A stretch of DNA of 61,110 nt, the filler included, from a bacterium (lineage in GTDB: Bacteria; JAJRZV01), in the NCBI GenBank assembly GCA_024275095.1. It is 5 parts of 5 records of this genome, joined end to end, with 100 filler letters (N's around TTAATTAATTAA, not from the genome) between each part and the next. Parts side by side here need not be neighbours in the genome. Positions count along the whole stretch, not along the records: positions 29,150 to 34,565 come from JAJRZV010000029.1; positions 34,666 to 44,743 come from JAJRZV010000031.1; 3 more parts are not named here. One strand, written 5' to 3'. A model generated the notes under the pieces. That model was not told the origin of the DNA, searched no databases, and saw nothing but the letters and a program-made list of their open reading frames with translations. The translations under genes and the position numbers were made by a program. Shown piece by piece: positions 29,150 to 39,164 of this stretch. Within the stretch, counting starts at the first letter, position 1; every line of letters begins with the position of its first letter.

Positions 29150-29893
29150 GCACAGGCCAACGGTGATATTGAGCACATTGACATGGCCGCGGCACTGATG
29201 CGTGCTAATGCAGCGAAAAACCCGTACGCACATCTGCAACATCCGGGTTGTACCAAAGAGGATATTGCGAAGACACCCATCATCTCGTATCCGTTGAGAT
29301 ACTGACATACGTGTCCCACATCGTGTGGCGCCTGTGTCATGATTCTTGTTTCTGAGGATGTGGTGAAGAAATTCGCAGATACTGACAGGGTTGCATGGGT
29401 AAAAGGCGTAGCATGCGGTACATCCGATGCGACTATCGGAAATGTGATCGACGGGCAGATTACAGATCCGGCAGACCAGGAAGTGGCGAAAATCGTGGCA
29501 AAAAAGGCTTACGAAATGGCAGGAATTTCTGATCCCAAAAAGGAAATTCAGGTTGCAGAAGTGTACGATGGATTTGCACATCAGGTGTTACTGTGGCCTG
29601 AAAAATTATTCCTTGTGGAAGAGGGCGGAGGTTCTTGTCGAATGATTGAAAAGGGTGAATTTGAAATTGAAGGTGAAATGCCTGTAAATCCTTCCGGGGG
29701 TGTAACCAGCACAAATGCGATCGGTGCATCAGCTATGGTTCGAGTGGCTGAGGTTGCTCTCCAGGTGATGGGCCTCGCAGAAGGAGGACATCAGGTGCCC
29801 CGGCGTGTGAAAAATGGCCTTGCACACGGCTGGGGCGGCTTGTTTCAGTTCGTTACAGTTACCATTCTTGGTGATGAACCTGCTACACATTAA
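29150..29893 (+). CDS. Thiolase-like protein (SCP-x/Ltp type), 5' truncated, with in-frame TGA at 29303
   Basis: NAAKNPYAHL...YPLRY*HTCPTSCGAC, AEVYDGF, PVNPSGG, GLAHGWGG. Confidence 0.85.
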
Positions 29894-29905
29894 AGGAGGT
29901 CACCC

Positions 29906-30367
29906 ATGGCTGAAGAAAGAGAACAAACAAAAGTTTTCAAATCCAATTGGGATTTACCGCTTTATTCCTGGCGGATAGAGGCAGACGCTCTTAATCTGTT
30001 TATAAAAGGATTGAAAGAGAAAAAAATACTCGGCCGCAAATGCTCTAAATGTGGTACGGTTTATGTTCCAGGCCCCACATATTGTCGCAAGTGCATGGTT
30101 GACATAGAAGAAGTGGTAGAGGTGGGCCAGGAGGGTGTGATAGGAGCCTTCACCGTGAACCTCGCAGACATACGAGGCAACCCCCTGCCAGAGATTTCTA
30201 TTGTCGTGTGCGTGAAGCTGGATGGGGCAGATTCCTGGTTGATGAGCCGACTCGAAGGATGGACGGACTGGAAAGAAGTAAAATCAGGAATGCGGGTTCG
30301 CATTGTGTGGAAGGATGAAGTGAAAGGAGCGCTCGCTGATTTAGATCATTTCGAACTAATTAAGTAA
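29906..30367 (+). CDS. DUF35 Zn-ribbon/OB-fold protein
   Basis: CSKC...VYVP...CRKC; GMRVRIVW; follows thiolase-like gene. Confidence 0.9.
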   Translation: MAEEREQTKVFKSNWDLPLYSWRIEADALNLFIKGLKEKKILGRKCSKCGTVYVPGPTYCRKCMVDIEEVVEVGQEGVIGAFTVNLADIRGNPLPEISIVVCVKLDGADSWLMSRLEGWTDWKEVKSGMRVRIVWKDEVKGALADLDHFELIK

Positions 30368-31627
30368 GGCACGCGATTTAACCATGGAATAAGCTTCACC
30401 GGCAAGATAGAAAGATCCGGTTAAGAGTATATTTTTCTTTTCCTTTTGCCATTTTTTCCAGGGAAGTTTTTTTACACCGGGATATGTATAGATATTATCG
30501 AAATTGGCTTTTGAGGCTTCTTCTTTGAGAGTATCAAGTGGGGCATTTCGAGATGTTACATGTATCGGTACAAGAAAAACCTCACCGGCGATTTTGCGGA
30601 GAATTTTCAACTGATGGGAGGCCTTGTCCTGTAAACGCGAATATACGAGCGTAAAATTCTTGTTGAATCCTTGAAGCCAGGTTACAAGCCGTTCAGTAGC
30701 TGCCGGGTTGTGTGCTCCGTCAAAAATCCATAGGGGATTAGTGCTGACAATGTGACATCGTGCCGGTATGGAGAGGGTAATCTTCTGCAGGCTTTTTTGA
30801 AGCAGTTTATATTGGAGTCCGAAGAGAAACGCTGCAATTACGGCCATGGCCAGATTTTCAACGAGATGGGAGGGGAGGTATGATGAAAATTTTGAACATG
30901 TAAATATACGTTTTTGAAACGTCACGTCTATCTGGTCTTTTCTTTCGTGTACAGTGAAGTCACGATGAAGCACATAAGGTGTGGCTCCAGTATTGCTGCA
31001 CTGCTTCTTTACCACGTCCAGGGCTTCTCCTTCACACCCGGTAACAACAGCATAAGGTCCTTTGATAATGCACACTTTTTCACATGCTATTGCAGCAATG
31101 GTGGTGCCCAGGATATGAGTGTGGTCCAGGTGCACATTGGTTAATATAGCCACTTGTGGCTGGACAATATTCGTGGCGTCCCACCTGCCACCAAGGCCTA
31201 CTTCTATAACTGCAACGTCGATGTGACTTTCAGCAAAGTAACTGAAGGCTGCGAGCGTGGCAAATTCAAAATAGGTGGGTCGACAACCCGCCCGGGGCGC
31301 AAGTGTGGAAATATTCTTCGAAAAATTTATTATATAGTGTTCAGGGATTTCGTGTGTTCCTTGAGGGGATAAAATTTTGATACGTTCTGTGAATCTCATG
31401 AGATGCGGTGACGTATAGAGTCCAACCCGATATCCGGCATGAGCAAATATCCGGGCCAGGTAAGTTGCGGTACTTCCCTTGCCGTTCGTTCCTCCGATTA
31501 ATATTGAAGGGAACGTTTTTTCTGGATGATTTAAAAGTTCCGCATAGGTGAGAACCCGTTCCAGGCCTGGCTGAGGCTGCTCTCTCCCCCATAATTTTTC
31601 TATGTAAAGGTGGACCTGGTCTTTCAT
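30356..31627 (-). CDS. folC: Folylpolyglutamate synthase/dihydrofolate synthase
   Basis: GTNGKGS, YTSPHL, EVGLGGRWDATN, DGAHNP, TGSFYLAG. Confidence 0.95.
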   Translation of the reverse strand: MKDQVHLYIEKLWGREQPQPGLERVLTYAELLNHPEKTFPSILIGGTNGKGSTATYLARIFAHAGYRVGLYTSPHLMRFTERIKILSPQGTHEIPEHYIINFSKNISTLAPRAGCRPTYFEFATLAAFSYFAESHIDVAVIEVGLGGRWDATNIVQPQVAILTNVHLDHTHILGTTIAAIACEKVCIIKGPYAVVTGCEGEALDVVKKQCSNTGATPYVLHRDFTVHERKDQIDVTFQKRIFTCSKFSSYLPSHLVENLAMAVIAAFLFGLQYKLLQKSLQKITLSIPARCHIVSTNPLWIFDGAHNPAATERLVTWLQGFNKNFTLVYSRLQDKASHQLKILRKIAGEVFLVPIHVTSRNAPLDTLKEEASKANFDNIYTYPGVKKLPWKKWQKEKKNILLTGSFYLAGEAYSMVKSRALLN

Positions 31628-31632
31628 GAAGA

Positions 31633-32469
31633 TCAGAGAAGATTTAAAAGACTGACCAATGTGGCTTTAAGATTACCCCTGTGTACAATCATGTCCACGA
31701 AACCTTTTTCCATTACCATTTCTGCTCGCTGGAAACCTTCAGGCAGTTCCTGTCGAATAGTTTCTCTTATCACTCTTGGACCGGCGAAACCGACAAGTGC
31801 TCGAGGTTCTGCAATAATAATATCTCCCAGTGAGGCAAAACTTGCTGCGACCCCTCCACTTGTGGGATCACTCAGGATGGAAATAAAAGGTCGCGAAGAA
31901 GAAGATTTGAATTCTCTTACCGCAGCGATAGTCTTGGTCATCTGCATCAATGACACAATCCCTTCTTGCATTCTGGCACCACCAGAAGACGTGATTGTAA
32001 TAACTGGTATATTATCTTTACCACATGTCTGAAAAAGAAGATGCAAACGTTCACCTACAACTGATCCCATACTGCCGCCCATGAACCGGAAGTCAAACAC
32101 ACCCAATCCCACCCTGTGGGAAACAAGCTTTCCTATCACACACGTGACTGCTTCGGATATACCTGTTTTCTCGTGTGTTTCTTTTAACCTGTCCTCGTAT
32201 TTTTTCGTATCCTTAAACCCTAAGAAGTCCGTAGGTAGCACATTGTCGCCGACCGTTTCTTCTCTTTCATCCACCAGGAGTTTTAGCCATTCATCCGCAG
32301 AAAGACGAAAGTGATAGTTACAGCGTGGACACGTTTTGAAATTACGTTCTACTTCGGCACGATAGATAATTTATCCGCAGAAAGGACATTTGACCCACAG
32401 GCCTTCGGGCGTTTTTTTTCGTGGTATTGATGAAGGTGACTTTTTCCTTGATCCGAAAAGAAATGCCAT
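31633..32469 (-). CDS. accD: Acetyl-CoA carboxylase carboxyltransferase beta subunit, with internal in-frame TAA at 32371-32373
   Basis: ATG 32469 ...PEGLWVKCPFCG*IIYRAEVERNFKTCPRCNYHFRL zinc finger, then FMGGSMGSVVGE, SGGARMQEG, PTSGGV.ASFA, GFAGPRVI. Confidence 0.92.
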
Positions 32470-32478
32470 GATGACGTA

Positions 32479-33252
32479 TTAAATGGAAATGGTAGAACCC
32501 TGTTCCAGTAACTGTATTCTATTGTCGTGGAGTTGTCTGAGCTCTTTTTTTATTTGATTTATAAATCGTGGCTTGAGGTGATACACGTAGACAGGTACAT
32601 CTTTTTTCAATTTATGAAGATCTTTCTGGAGAGTGGCAGGAGTGTAGTGGAAGCTTGCATCTGCCACGCTCTGAAGCGAGTTGGGAAATGACGTTTAAAC
32701 AAAGAGGGCTCTCAGATTTCGCGATTGATTGGCTATTTCCCACAGCATTTCAGTTGGGCCGGTATCACTGCTTATAATAAAGGATGAACCATCACCTGAA
32801 ACCTTTACCCCTACCGTATCAATGGCATGAGATACAGGAAACACATTGAATTTTAATCCGTTGCATTGGAATCCATTAACACTTTTTACCACCCGATATT
32901 TCATTACAGGCTTGTTAGCTGTAGGTAGTTTTGAAAAGTCAGGCCACACGATGTTGTTAAATACGTGTTTTTTCAGGGTGTCAATTACGCTTTCCAACCC
33001 CACAATAGTTACAGGTGATGTCCTCAGACCGAAAATGTTATCAATGAGAAATGGAACGTCTTTAATATGGTCGAAATGACAGTGGGTGATAAGAATTGCA
33101 TCGATACGCGCCTGTTCGTCAATACTGAGACTGGAGGTGAGTGCGCCTGCATCTATGGAGACCCTATCGTTAATCAGAAAACAGGTTGTTTTATATTTAA
33201 GGGTTTCGCTTCCGTAACACCCGAGAATACGAATCTTCACTGAGGGCCTCAA
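32479..33252 (-). CDS. Class II-like cyclic-nucleotide phosphodiesterase (MBL fold), with internal in-frame TAA at 32695-32697
   Basis: ILGCYG, IDAG, THCHFDHI, FNNIVWPDF, SSDTGPT, LFV*TSFPN...HYTP...YHLKP; both ORF pieces are in one frame. Confidence 0.85.
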
Positions 33253-33899
33253 ATGTCTCCAAATTGTTCTTTCATGGTGAGATATTCAAGGAACTTATCC
33301 AGTTTTTCTATAGACTCCACCACAAATCCACCGTCAGCATCGCTGATAATTCGCGCTTTCCGCAGTTTGTCGATCACATCACGAGTCTCGTCTTCACTGA
33401 GGCCGCAGAGCGTGGCCACTTCTGATACTCCCGCATTAATCTTCAGTCCTCCTGCAATTTGTTCGCCTTTTTCATTGGCCAATCGTTTGAGAATGTGAAC
33501 CACCTTTCTATTTTTGTCTTTGATTAAGAGACTTTCTATTTGTGCGTTTGTTTCTCTGAGACGTTGAGAAAGTTTTTTTATAATTCGATAGGCAATTTCT
33601 GGATTGCTTTTAATCATGGCTTCAAATGTCCCCTCATCTACCTCGAGCATTTTTGCATCTTCTATCACTTCTGCTGAGGCAGAGCGGGGTTTATCATCGA
33701 GAATTGCCATTTCTCCAAAAAATTCTCCCGGCCCCAGTACAGCCAGTGTTTTATCTACGTCACCGATTTGTTTGAAGATTCTGACTTTTCCCGACTGAAT
33801 AATGTACATCGTTTTTCCTGTATCCCCCTCGCGAAAAATCACGGTGCCTTTTGACATCTCGCGTCCAAATCGTTGAAAAAGTTTGTCTTGAACAGACAT
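33249..33899 (-). CDS. Crp/Fnr family cNMP-binding transcriptional regulator
   Basis: IFREGD, GEFFGEMA, PRSA, C-terminal HTH-like region; start MSVQDK with SD GAGG. Confidence 0.9.
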   Translation of the reverse strand: MSVQDKLFQRFGREMSKGTVIFREGDTGKTMYIIQSGKVRIFKQIGDVDKTLAVLGPGEFFGEMAILDDKPRSASAEVIEDAKMLEVDEGTFEAMIKSNPEIAYRIIKKLSQRLRETNAQIESLLIKDKNRKVVHILKRLANEKGEQIAGGLKINAGVSEVATLCGLSEDETRDVIDKLRKARIISDADGGFVVESIEKLDKFLEYLTMKEQFGDI

Positions 33900-34037
33900 T
33901 TTTTTCACCTCTCTTGATGAAATAAATCCAATTTTGACATACTTTATCATCTATGACTATCAAAGTCAAATTAAGCACGGTATTTTGTATTGCAAAGAGC
34001 TTGCAAAGGCAGGGTAATTTTAATAATATAAAAAACA

Positions 34038-34565
34038 ATGTGTAAGCAAGGGATAAAAATCATCTCAGTAGCATGTTTACTCGTTTTTGCACTTATAACT
34101 TCCGTAAATGCAGAAATACCCCGTGTGAGCCTCAGCGGCTCCAGCGGATTAATTTTTAACAGAACCGCTGCTACTCTCCCAGGTGGAGAGTTCAGCACAA
34201 TGTTTTTTTTCGGCATGCGCAAGTTCCTTACTCCCAAAGAGCATTTTTATTCCGAACCGCGGAACTTTAATCTTGATGCAGAGCTCAGTGCAGCTTTTGG
34301 AGTCGCTGCGGGAGTGGAAACAGGCCTTGCTGTACCGGTGGCTTTTTACGGCGGCGTGGAAGGAAAAACTGGTGTGGGGGCCCCGGAAGTGTTTTTTAAA
34401 TATTCGCCTCTGCATGTAAACGGCCGGCCGATAGGTCTTGCATTTACCCTGTACGGGCGTTTCCCGCCGGGTACCAACACGACAGAAATTGCAAGCGGGA
34501 AGTTTAACGGTGGAGGTGATGTGAGCTTTACATGGACTCCCGTGGAAAGTCGAACGCTATTCTTA
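34038..34565 (+). CDS. Exported/outer-membrane hypothetical protein (3' truncated)
   Basis: Signal peptide ending VNA; amphipathic beta-strand pattern; runs into the gap. Confidence 0.65.
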
Positions 34566-34665
34566 NNNNNNNNNNNNNNNNNNNNNNNNNNNNNNNNNNN
34601 NNNNNNNNNTTAATTAATTAANNNNNNNNNNNNNNNNNNNNNNNNNNNNNNNNNNNNNNNNNNNN
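34566..34665. other. Artificial contig spacer
   Basis: N-run with TTAATTAATTAA. Confidence 0.99.
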
Positions 34666-35216
34666 CCGAGAGCTCCAGGTATAATCCACGCGTGAAGCGT
34701 AAAAAACCGCTGGTTGAGTGGCAGACCCCCAGCATCTGTGAAAGCAGATTTGATAATTTTACCCACCAGGGGTACCTGTGAGGCAATATTGAGGCCCACA
34801 ACAGAAGCCCAGAGACTTCTCTCGTCCCCTGCAAGACTGTAACCTGTAAAGCACAACCCCAGCGTAAGAATCATCAGGAAACAACCTGTGTACCATCTGA
34901 AAGTACCACGCGAAGCAAAATCCGCGGTCAGTGAAGTCCTGAACACATGCAGTAAAAGAAGCGCCACTATAAAATCTGCGGTCCAGCGATGCAGTCCTCT
35001 TATCCACCACCCGAATGGTATGGACTCGGTGATGTTTCTTACACTCGCAAATGGTTGAGCGGGATTGTAATAAAAAAGCATGAGAACACCGGTGATCACC
35101 TGGACTGCGAAAAGGGCCAGAACCACTCCACCGCCTGTATAGGCCAGTCCAGAGTGTGAATCAGGGATTTCTTCGCTGATAACAGTTTCCCAGATGCGCC
35201 GTATTTCCGCCTTCAT
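34666..35216 (-). CDS. Cytochrome b/b6 N-terminal subunit (3' truncated)
   Basis: QVITGV.M..YY.P, GWWIRGLHRW, LHVFR, W.TG, FTGYSL, RFFTLH heme-ligand motifs. Confidence 0.93.
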
Positions 35217-35623
35217 CCAGCTTCCTCAATCATGAATACTACGCCCTCTTCCACCTTTACATGTTTCCGCCTCAAAGGCAGAGGCGGAGGACCTTCAAGC
35301 ACTTTGCCTGTGAGGTCAAATTTGCCTCTGTGGCATGGGCAGAAGAAAATTTTCTCCGCTTTACGAAACACCACCCGACATCCAAGGTGCGTGCACGTGG
35401 TGCTCAAAGCAATAATTTTTCCACCGGCTTTTACCAGGGCCAGCTCTTCACCGTTAACCTCCACAAGCATCACCTCACCCTCTTCTATCGCATCTGCCAT
35501 ACCCAGAAAAACCTTCCTTCGTTTCGACCTTTTCCATCGTTGAAGGAAAAGAGCTGAATATCCTGCAGCAAGTAAAACTGCTGCAGCACCAGGCAGTGCC
35601 AGGATCAGGTTCCGCCGCTTCAT
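35213..35623 (-). CDS. Rieske [2Fe-2S] protein
   Basis: CTHLGC and CPCHRG boxes, GPPPLPL, twin-Arg N-terminus. Confidence 0.95.
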   Translation of the reverse strand: MKRRNLILALPGAAAVLLAAGYSALFLQRWKRSKRRKVFLGMADAIEEGEVMLVEVNGEELALVKAGGKIIALSTTCTHLGCRVVFRKAEKIFFCPCHRGKFDLTGKVLEGPPPLPLRRKHVKVEEGVVFMIEEAG

Positions 35624-36777
35624 GGGCCACTGCTCCAGCCCCAGGCTTTACCCTCCCCAACATGGGCGGTGGCGAAAATCCGCACCAGATATACGGCTGC
35701 GTCCTTTATTTGAGCCTGTTGATAAACAAGAAGGTCGGGCACCCCCACCACCCGTGGAGGCACAGTCTTCAAAAAGTCATTCATTGCCGTATCTATGTCT
35801 TTCTCCATCCTCTCCAGCCGCTCCTTTACAAAAAACGGCGCATGACACAAACTGCATCGTTCACTGAGAGATTTTTTTCTTTTGTTGTATTCCGCGTCTT
35901 CAACCCAGGTAACGGCAATAAATGAGTAAAGGTTCCCGGAAAGGTTCTCTTTTAAAAGCGTGCGCAATCTGTCTGCAGCTTTCGACCTCAACCCAGCAAA
36001 CATGAAACCATAAGGGCTCAGACGCTTGTGATGACAGTAGGCACATGCAGGCGCTCCCGGAGCACCCGGAGCCCTGGGCCTCTCGTACACATCCACAAGG
36101 CGAAAGGCAGTCCAGTCCTCCTGGCGGGACTCAAACAAACCATGGTGGGCGGAAGCACGATAGGTTTCTATTTGAGGATGCATCCTTCCCGAGTGACATG
36201 AGGTGCATGCGGTGGAACGCCGCGCTTCACTGGCACGAAAAGCATGGGGCCTGTGGCACACTCCGCACTGTCCCTGCCACCGCGAAACGCGATGGCAATC
36301 TGCACAGGGAGATGCGCCCGCCTTCTCTGCTCCAAGAGACACCACAACAGCTTCCCAGGAGCGGTGGTGGTCACCGGAATGGAGCCCCTGTTCAAAATCC
36401 TTTCCCTCTCCGGCATGACACAGTTTGCAGTTCGCTCCACTGACAATTCTTTTTGCCTCTTTTACTTCACAGCGTGACGGCGCCTTCACGACCTCTTCCG
36501 GAGCCCCCTTCACAGGCACGTGGCATTCTGCACAACCTACAGCCACACGTGCGTGAAGAGATGACTCCCACAAAGCAATATCAGCAAGAGCGATGCCCTT
36601 GCGCAAATGACAATCAACACATCGGCGCGATGATGGAGGAACTGCAGGTTTGACCTCTTCGTAAAAAAAATGTTTCTTTCTCGACTCAACATATCCGACA
36701 ACAATGAGCACTGCGAGCAGGAAGAGTGAGAAAAAAACAATCAGTCTTTTTTTCTCTTCGACATCCAGCACGGTCAC
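35620..36777 (-). CDS. Octaheme c-type cytochrome, HAO-like, with N-terminal membrane anchor
   Basis: Eight CxxCH: CVDCH, CAECH, CKLCH, CADCH, CGVCH, CTSCH, CAYCH, CSLCH; HAO-family-like CHRPHAF...AR...CTSCHSG..HPQ.E.Y..S.H. Confidence 0.88.
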   Translation of the reverse strand: MTVLDVEEKKRLIVFFSLFLLAVLIVVGYVESRKKHFFYEEVKPAVPPSSRRCVDCHLRKGIALADIALWESSLHARVAVGCAECHVPVKGAPEEVVKAPSRCEVKEAKRIVSGANCKLCHAGEGKDFEQGLHSGDHHRSWEAVVVSLGAEKAGASPCADCHRVSRWQGQCGVCHRPHAFRASEARRSTACTSCHSGRMHPQIETYRASAHHGLFESRQEDWTAFRLVDVYERPRAPGAPGAPACAYCHHKRLSPYGFMFAGLRSKAADRLRTLLKENLSGNLYSFIAVTWVEDAEYNKRKKSLSERCSLCHAPFFVKERLERMEKDIDTAMNDFLKTVPPRVVGVPDLLVYQQAQIKDAAVYLVRIFATAHVGEGKAWGWSSGP

Positions 36778-36780
36778 CTC

Positions 36781-38259
36781 CTATATGAGATGGAGCTCCA
36801 GTTCCTTTCTAATCTGATAAAAACATTCTATGGCGCTTCTCGCTGCCAGTTCCGTACCAACCCCTCTGGCACCGGCACAATCACCTGCCAGGTAAAGCCC
36901 CTTCACCGGGGTTCTGTGAGGTAATCTATCCCCTCCTACCTGGCCGACCACCTGACCTGTACTGATAGCAGGTGCTCCTGTTTTCCCGATCCATCGTTCG
37001 GTAAATTTCACGTCGAACCTGTCCACCCAGAGAATATTATTTCTCAAACCTGGGACCATCTCGTCGAGAGCGTCCAGCAGTGCATCAAGCCACTTTTCAG
37101 GCGGGTCTTTCAGCGGCACATTCGTGGTTGGTGCAACGGCACAGGCTGTGATGAGCTGGGTACCTGCCGGGGCCAGCGAAGGGTCAAAATTGGTGGGAAT
37201 CGGTGCGTAAACAGGAAGTATGGCGGGTATGCGACCATCTTCAACATCCGCGTAAATCCGTCGAAAGTCATCAACGGAGAGCCGGCGAAAATCAATGCTC
37301 CGGTCTCTCGCAACTCCCCCTACCAGACACCCGCACTTGAGAAGTTTCTTTTCCAAGGCCACCTTGACCTGAACAGCGATAAAGGACCCCGCTGTTTCAT
37401 TCACAGCTTTAATGTACTCCTGTGGGAAATGTTCGTGGCCCACCATTTTTACCGTGTCTTTTGCTGAAGTAGTACTCACAACAATGTCCGCCTCTATTTC
37501 ACGCCCACTTTCCAGAATGACACTTTTGACTTTTCCGTTATCAACTCCTATCGACCTCACTCCATCATTCACAATCACTTCCGCCCCGCACTCCTCTGCT
37601 CTTTCAACAAATGTGCCCGGCACCCGCCAGGCACCGCCTGCAGGGTAGCTCAATCGCATGTCGTTAAACATGCGACGGTAACAGTAAAGAGCTTCACCTG
37701 CGGAAACCCTCCACATGGGGAGAACAAAGTACAGACCCAGGAGAAACCCGAAAAATCCCATCAACCCAGGGTTCTGTACATAATCGAATATGAATTCTTC
37801 TATCGTGCGTCTGTCATTCATTTCGCACTCTTCATCGCTGATCGTGGCCATCTTCCACAACAATTTGATTGCAGGAGGGATCTCTCCCGGCCTCAGCCTC
37901 ATCTGATAAAACAACTTTGCAAAAAACATGGGGAGTTTCCACTTCTCAGCAGGAAGTACAATATTAAAACCCAGGCCCCGAGCCTCGGACAGGCGGGAGA
38001 TCTGCCTGAATTCTATTTTCTTTTCCACGCCGCACAACCACTGGGCCAGGCCTATGGGACCTTTATCGCCTCTCGAAAACATATGGGTGCCGATGTCCAC
38101 TGTGAATCCATCCCTTGTGTAGTAAGAACACGAGCCCCCAATGCGCGGGTTTTTCTCGACCAGCGTCACCGGAAATCCGTGTGAAGCAAACAGGGCAGCA
38201 GCCACGCTGCCGCCAATTCCTGAACCAATAACGACAACCTGACTACTTTTCTCCTTCAT
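36781..38259 (-). CDS. Phytoene desaturase-like FAD-dependent oxidoreductase
   Basis: VIGSGIGG, EKNPRIGG, DPSLAP.G, TPVKGLYLAGD; start MKEKSS. Confidence 0.88.
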   Translation of the reverse strand: MKEKSSQVVVIGSGIGGSVAAALFASHGFPVTLVEKNPRIGGSCSYYTRDGFTVDIGTHMFSRGDKGPIGLAQWLCGVEKKIEFRQISRLSEARGLGFNIVLPAEKWKLPMFFAKLFYQMRLRPGEIPPAIKLLWKMATISDEECEMNDRRTIEEFIFDYVQNPGLMGFFGFLLGLYFVLPMWRVSAGEALYCYRRMFNDMRLSYPAGGAWRVPGTFVERAEECGAEVIVNDGVRSIGVDNGKVKSVILESGREIEADIVVSTTSAKDTVKMVGHEHFPQEYIKAVNETAGSFIAVQVKVALEKKLLKCGCLVGGVARDRSIDFRRLSVDDFRRIYADVEDGRIPAILPVYAPIPTNFDPSLAPAGTQLITACAVAPTTNVPLKDPPEKWLDALLDALDEMVPGLRNNILWVDRFDVKFTERWIGKTGAPAISTGQVVGQVGGDRLPHRTPVKGLYLAGDCAGARGVGTELAARSAIECFYQIRKELELHLI

Positions 38260-38866
38260 TCTGTTGAAGACCGTACAGAAGGATATCCAGCACAATATCC
38301 TTGTGTTTATCCACTACTTCCCTTGAATAGAGGTCCTTCCCTCCAAAAATCATTTTCCCCAATTCACCGGAGATAAAATGAAACGCACACATGCCGAGTA
38401 CTATCTGGATAATGTATTCAGCGGGAAAATCCTTGAGCCTTCCCGTGCGCACACCCAGTTCTATAAAAACCTTGAGGGAATCAAGCAAAATCTTCCCCTC
38501 GCTGCGAATCATGTCCATTAAAATGCGGTCCTTATCCACCAGCCCTCTGTGGGCGAGTTCGACCAGTTCCCTGTTGGACGCAAAAAAATCAATAATGTAT
38601 GAAATGAGCTCTTTTGCCCTTTCAATATAATCCGTCTCTTTGGCCATGGAAGATGAAAAAGATTCACTTACTCTCATGTAGATACTTTTCAACACTTCCC
38701 TGTAAAGTTCGCGTTTGGATGGGAAATAATAGTAAAGCGATGCCTTGTTCATTCCACAGGCTTTTGCTATCGCCTCCATGGTGGTGGCCCTGTAACCCTT
38801 TCTGGCAAACATGCGGCTGGCCACTGTGAGGATATGGTCTTTGTTTTTAAAGGAAACCTTGGGCAT
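38243..38866 (-). CDS. TetR/AcrR family regulator
   Basis: FARKGYRATTMEAIAKACGMNKASLYYYFPSKRELY. Confidence 0.95.
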   Translation of the reverse strand: MPKVSFKNKDHILTVASRMFARKGYRATTMEAIAKACGMNKASLYYYFPSKRELYREVLKSIYMRVSESFSSSMAKETDYIERAKELISYIIDFFASNRELVELAHRGLVDKDRILMDMIRSEGKILLDSLKVFIELGVRTGRLKDFPAEYIIQIVLGMCAFHFISGELGKMIFGGKDLYSREVVDKHKDIVLDILLYGLQQNEGEK

Positions 38867-38876
38867 ACCACTTTTC

Positions 38877-38892
38877 TACCAAACGGACGGTA
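38877..38892. promoter_or_regulatory. Candidate TetR operator
   Basis: Imperfect palindrome TACC-AAACGGAC-GGTA 10 nt upstream of the TetR start. Confidence 0.35.
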
Positions 38893-39164
38893 AAAAAACA
38901 AGCAAAAAATTTCAGAAATACACATATTTATCTTTCGACCCATTGAAACAAAAATTGTTCGTCAATTGCGCCTGTGTGTCTTCGATCAAAAAGCATTCCA
39001 TCCTGCCATCCTTTCGAGGAACAACACAAAAACACGCCTTTTTCCGCTGAAAACTCATCATCTCACTTTCCAAAGAAGGGGGCGCATCGTTTTCAAAAAT
39101 TGTTTACTTTGTTTTCAAAAGGCGTTACTAAAGTAACAATACATTCCTATTGGGGAGGAGAGAA

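Noticed and set aside
29303-29305. In-frame TGA in the thiolase-like gene as selenocysteine
   Set aside because: Position is not a known catalytic Cys, no convincing SECIS hairpin is evident, and two TAA lesions of the same G>T type occur in the same contig.
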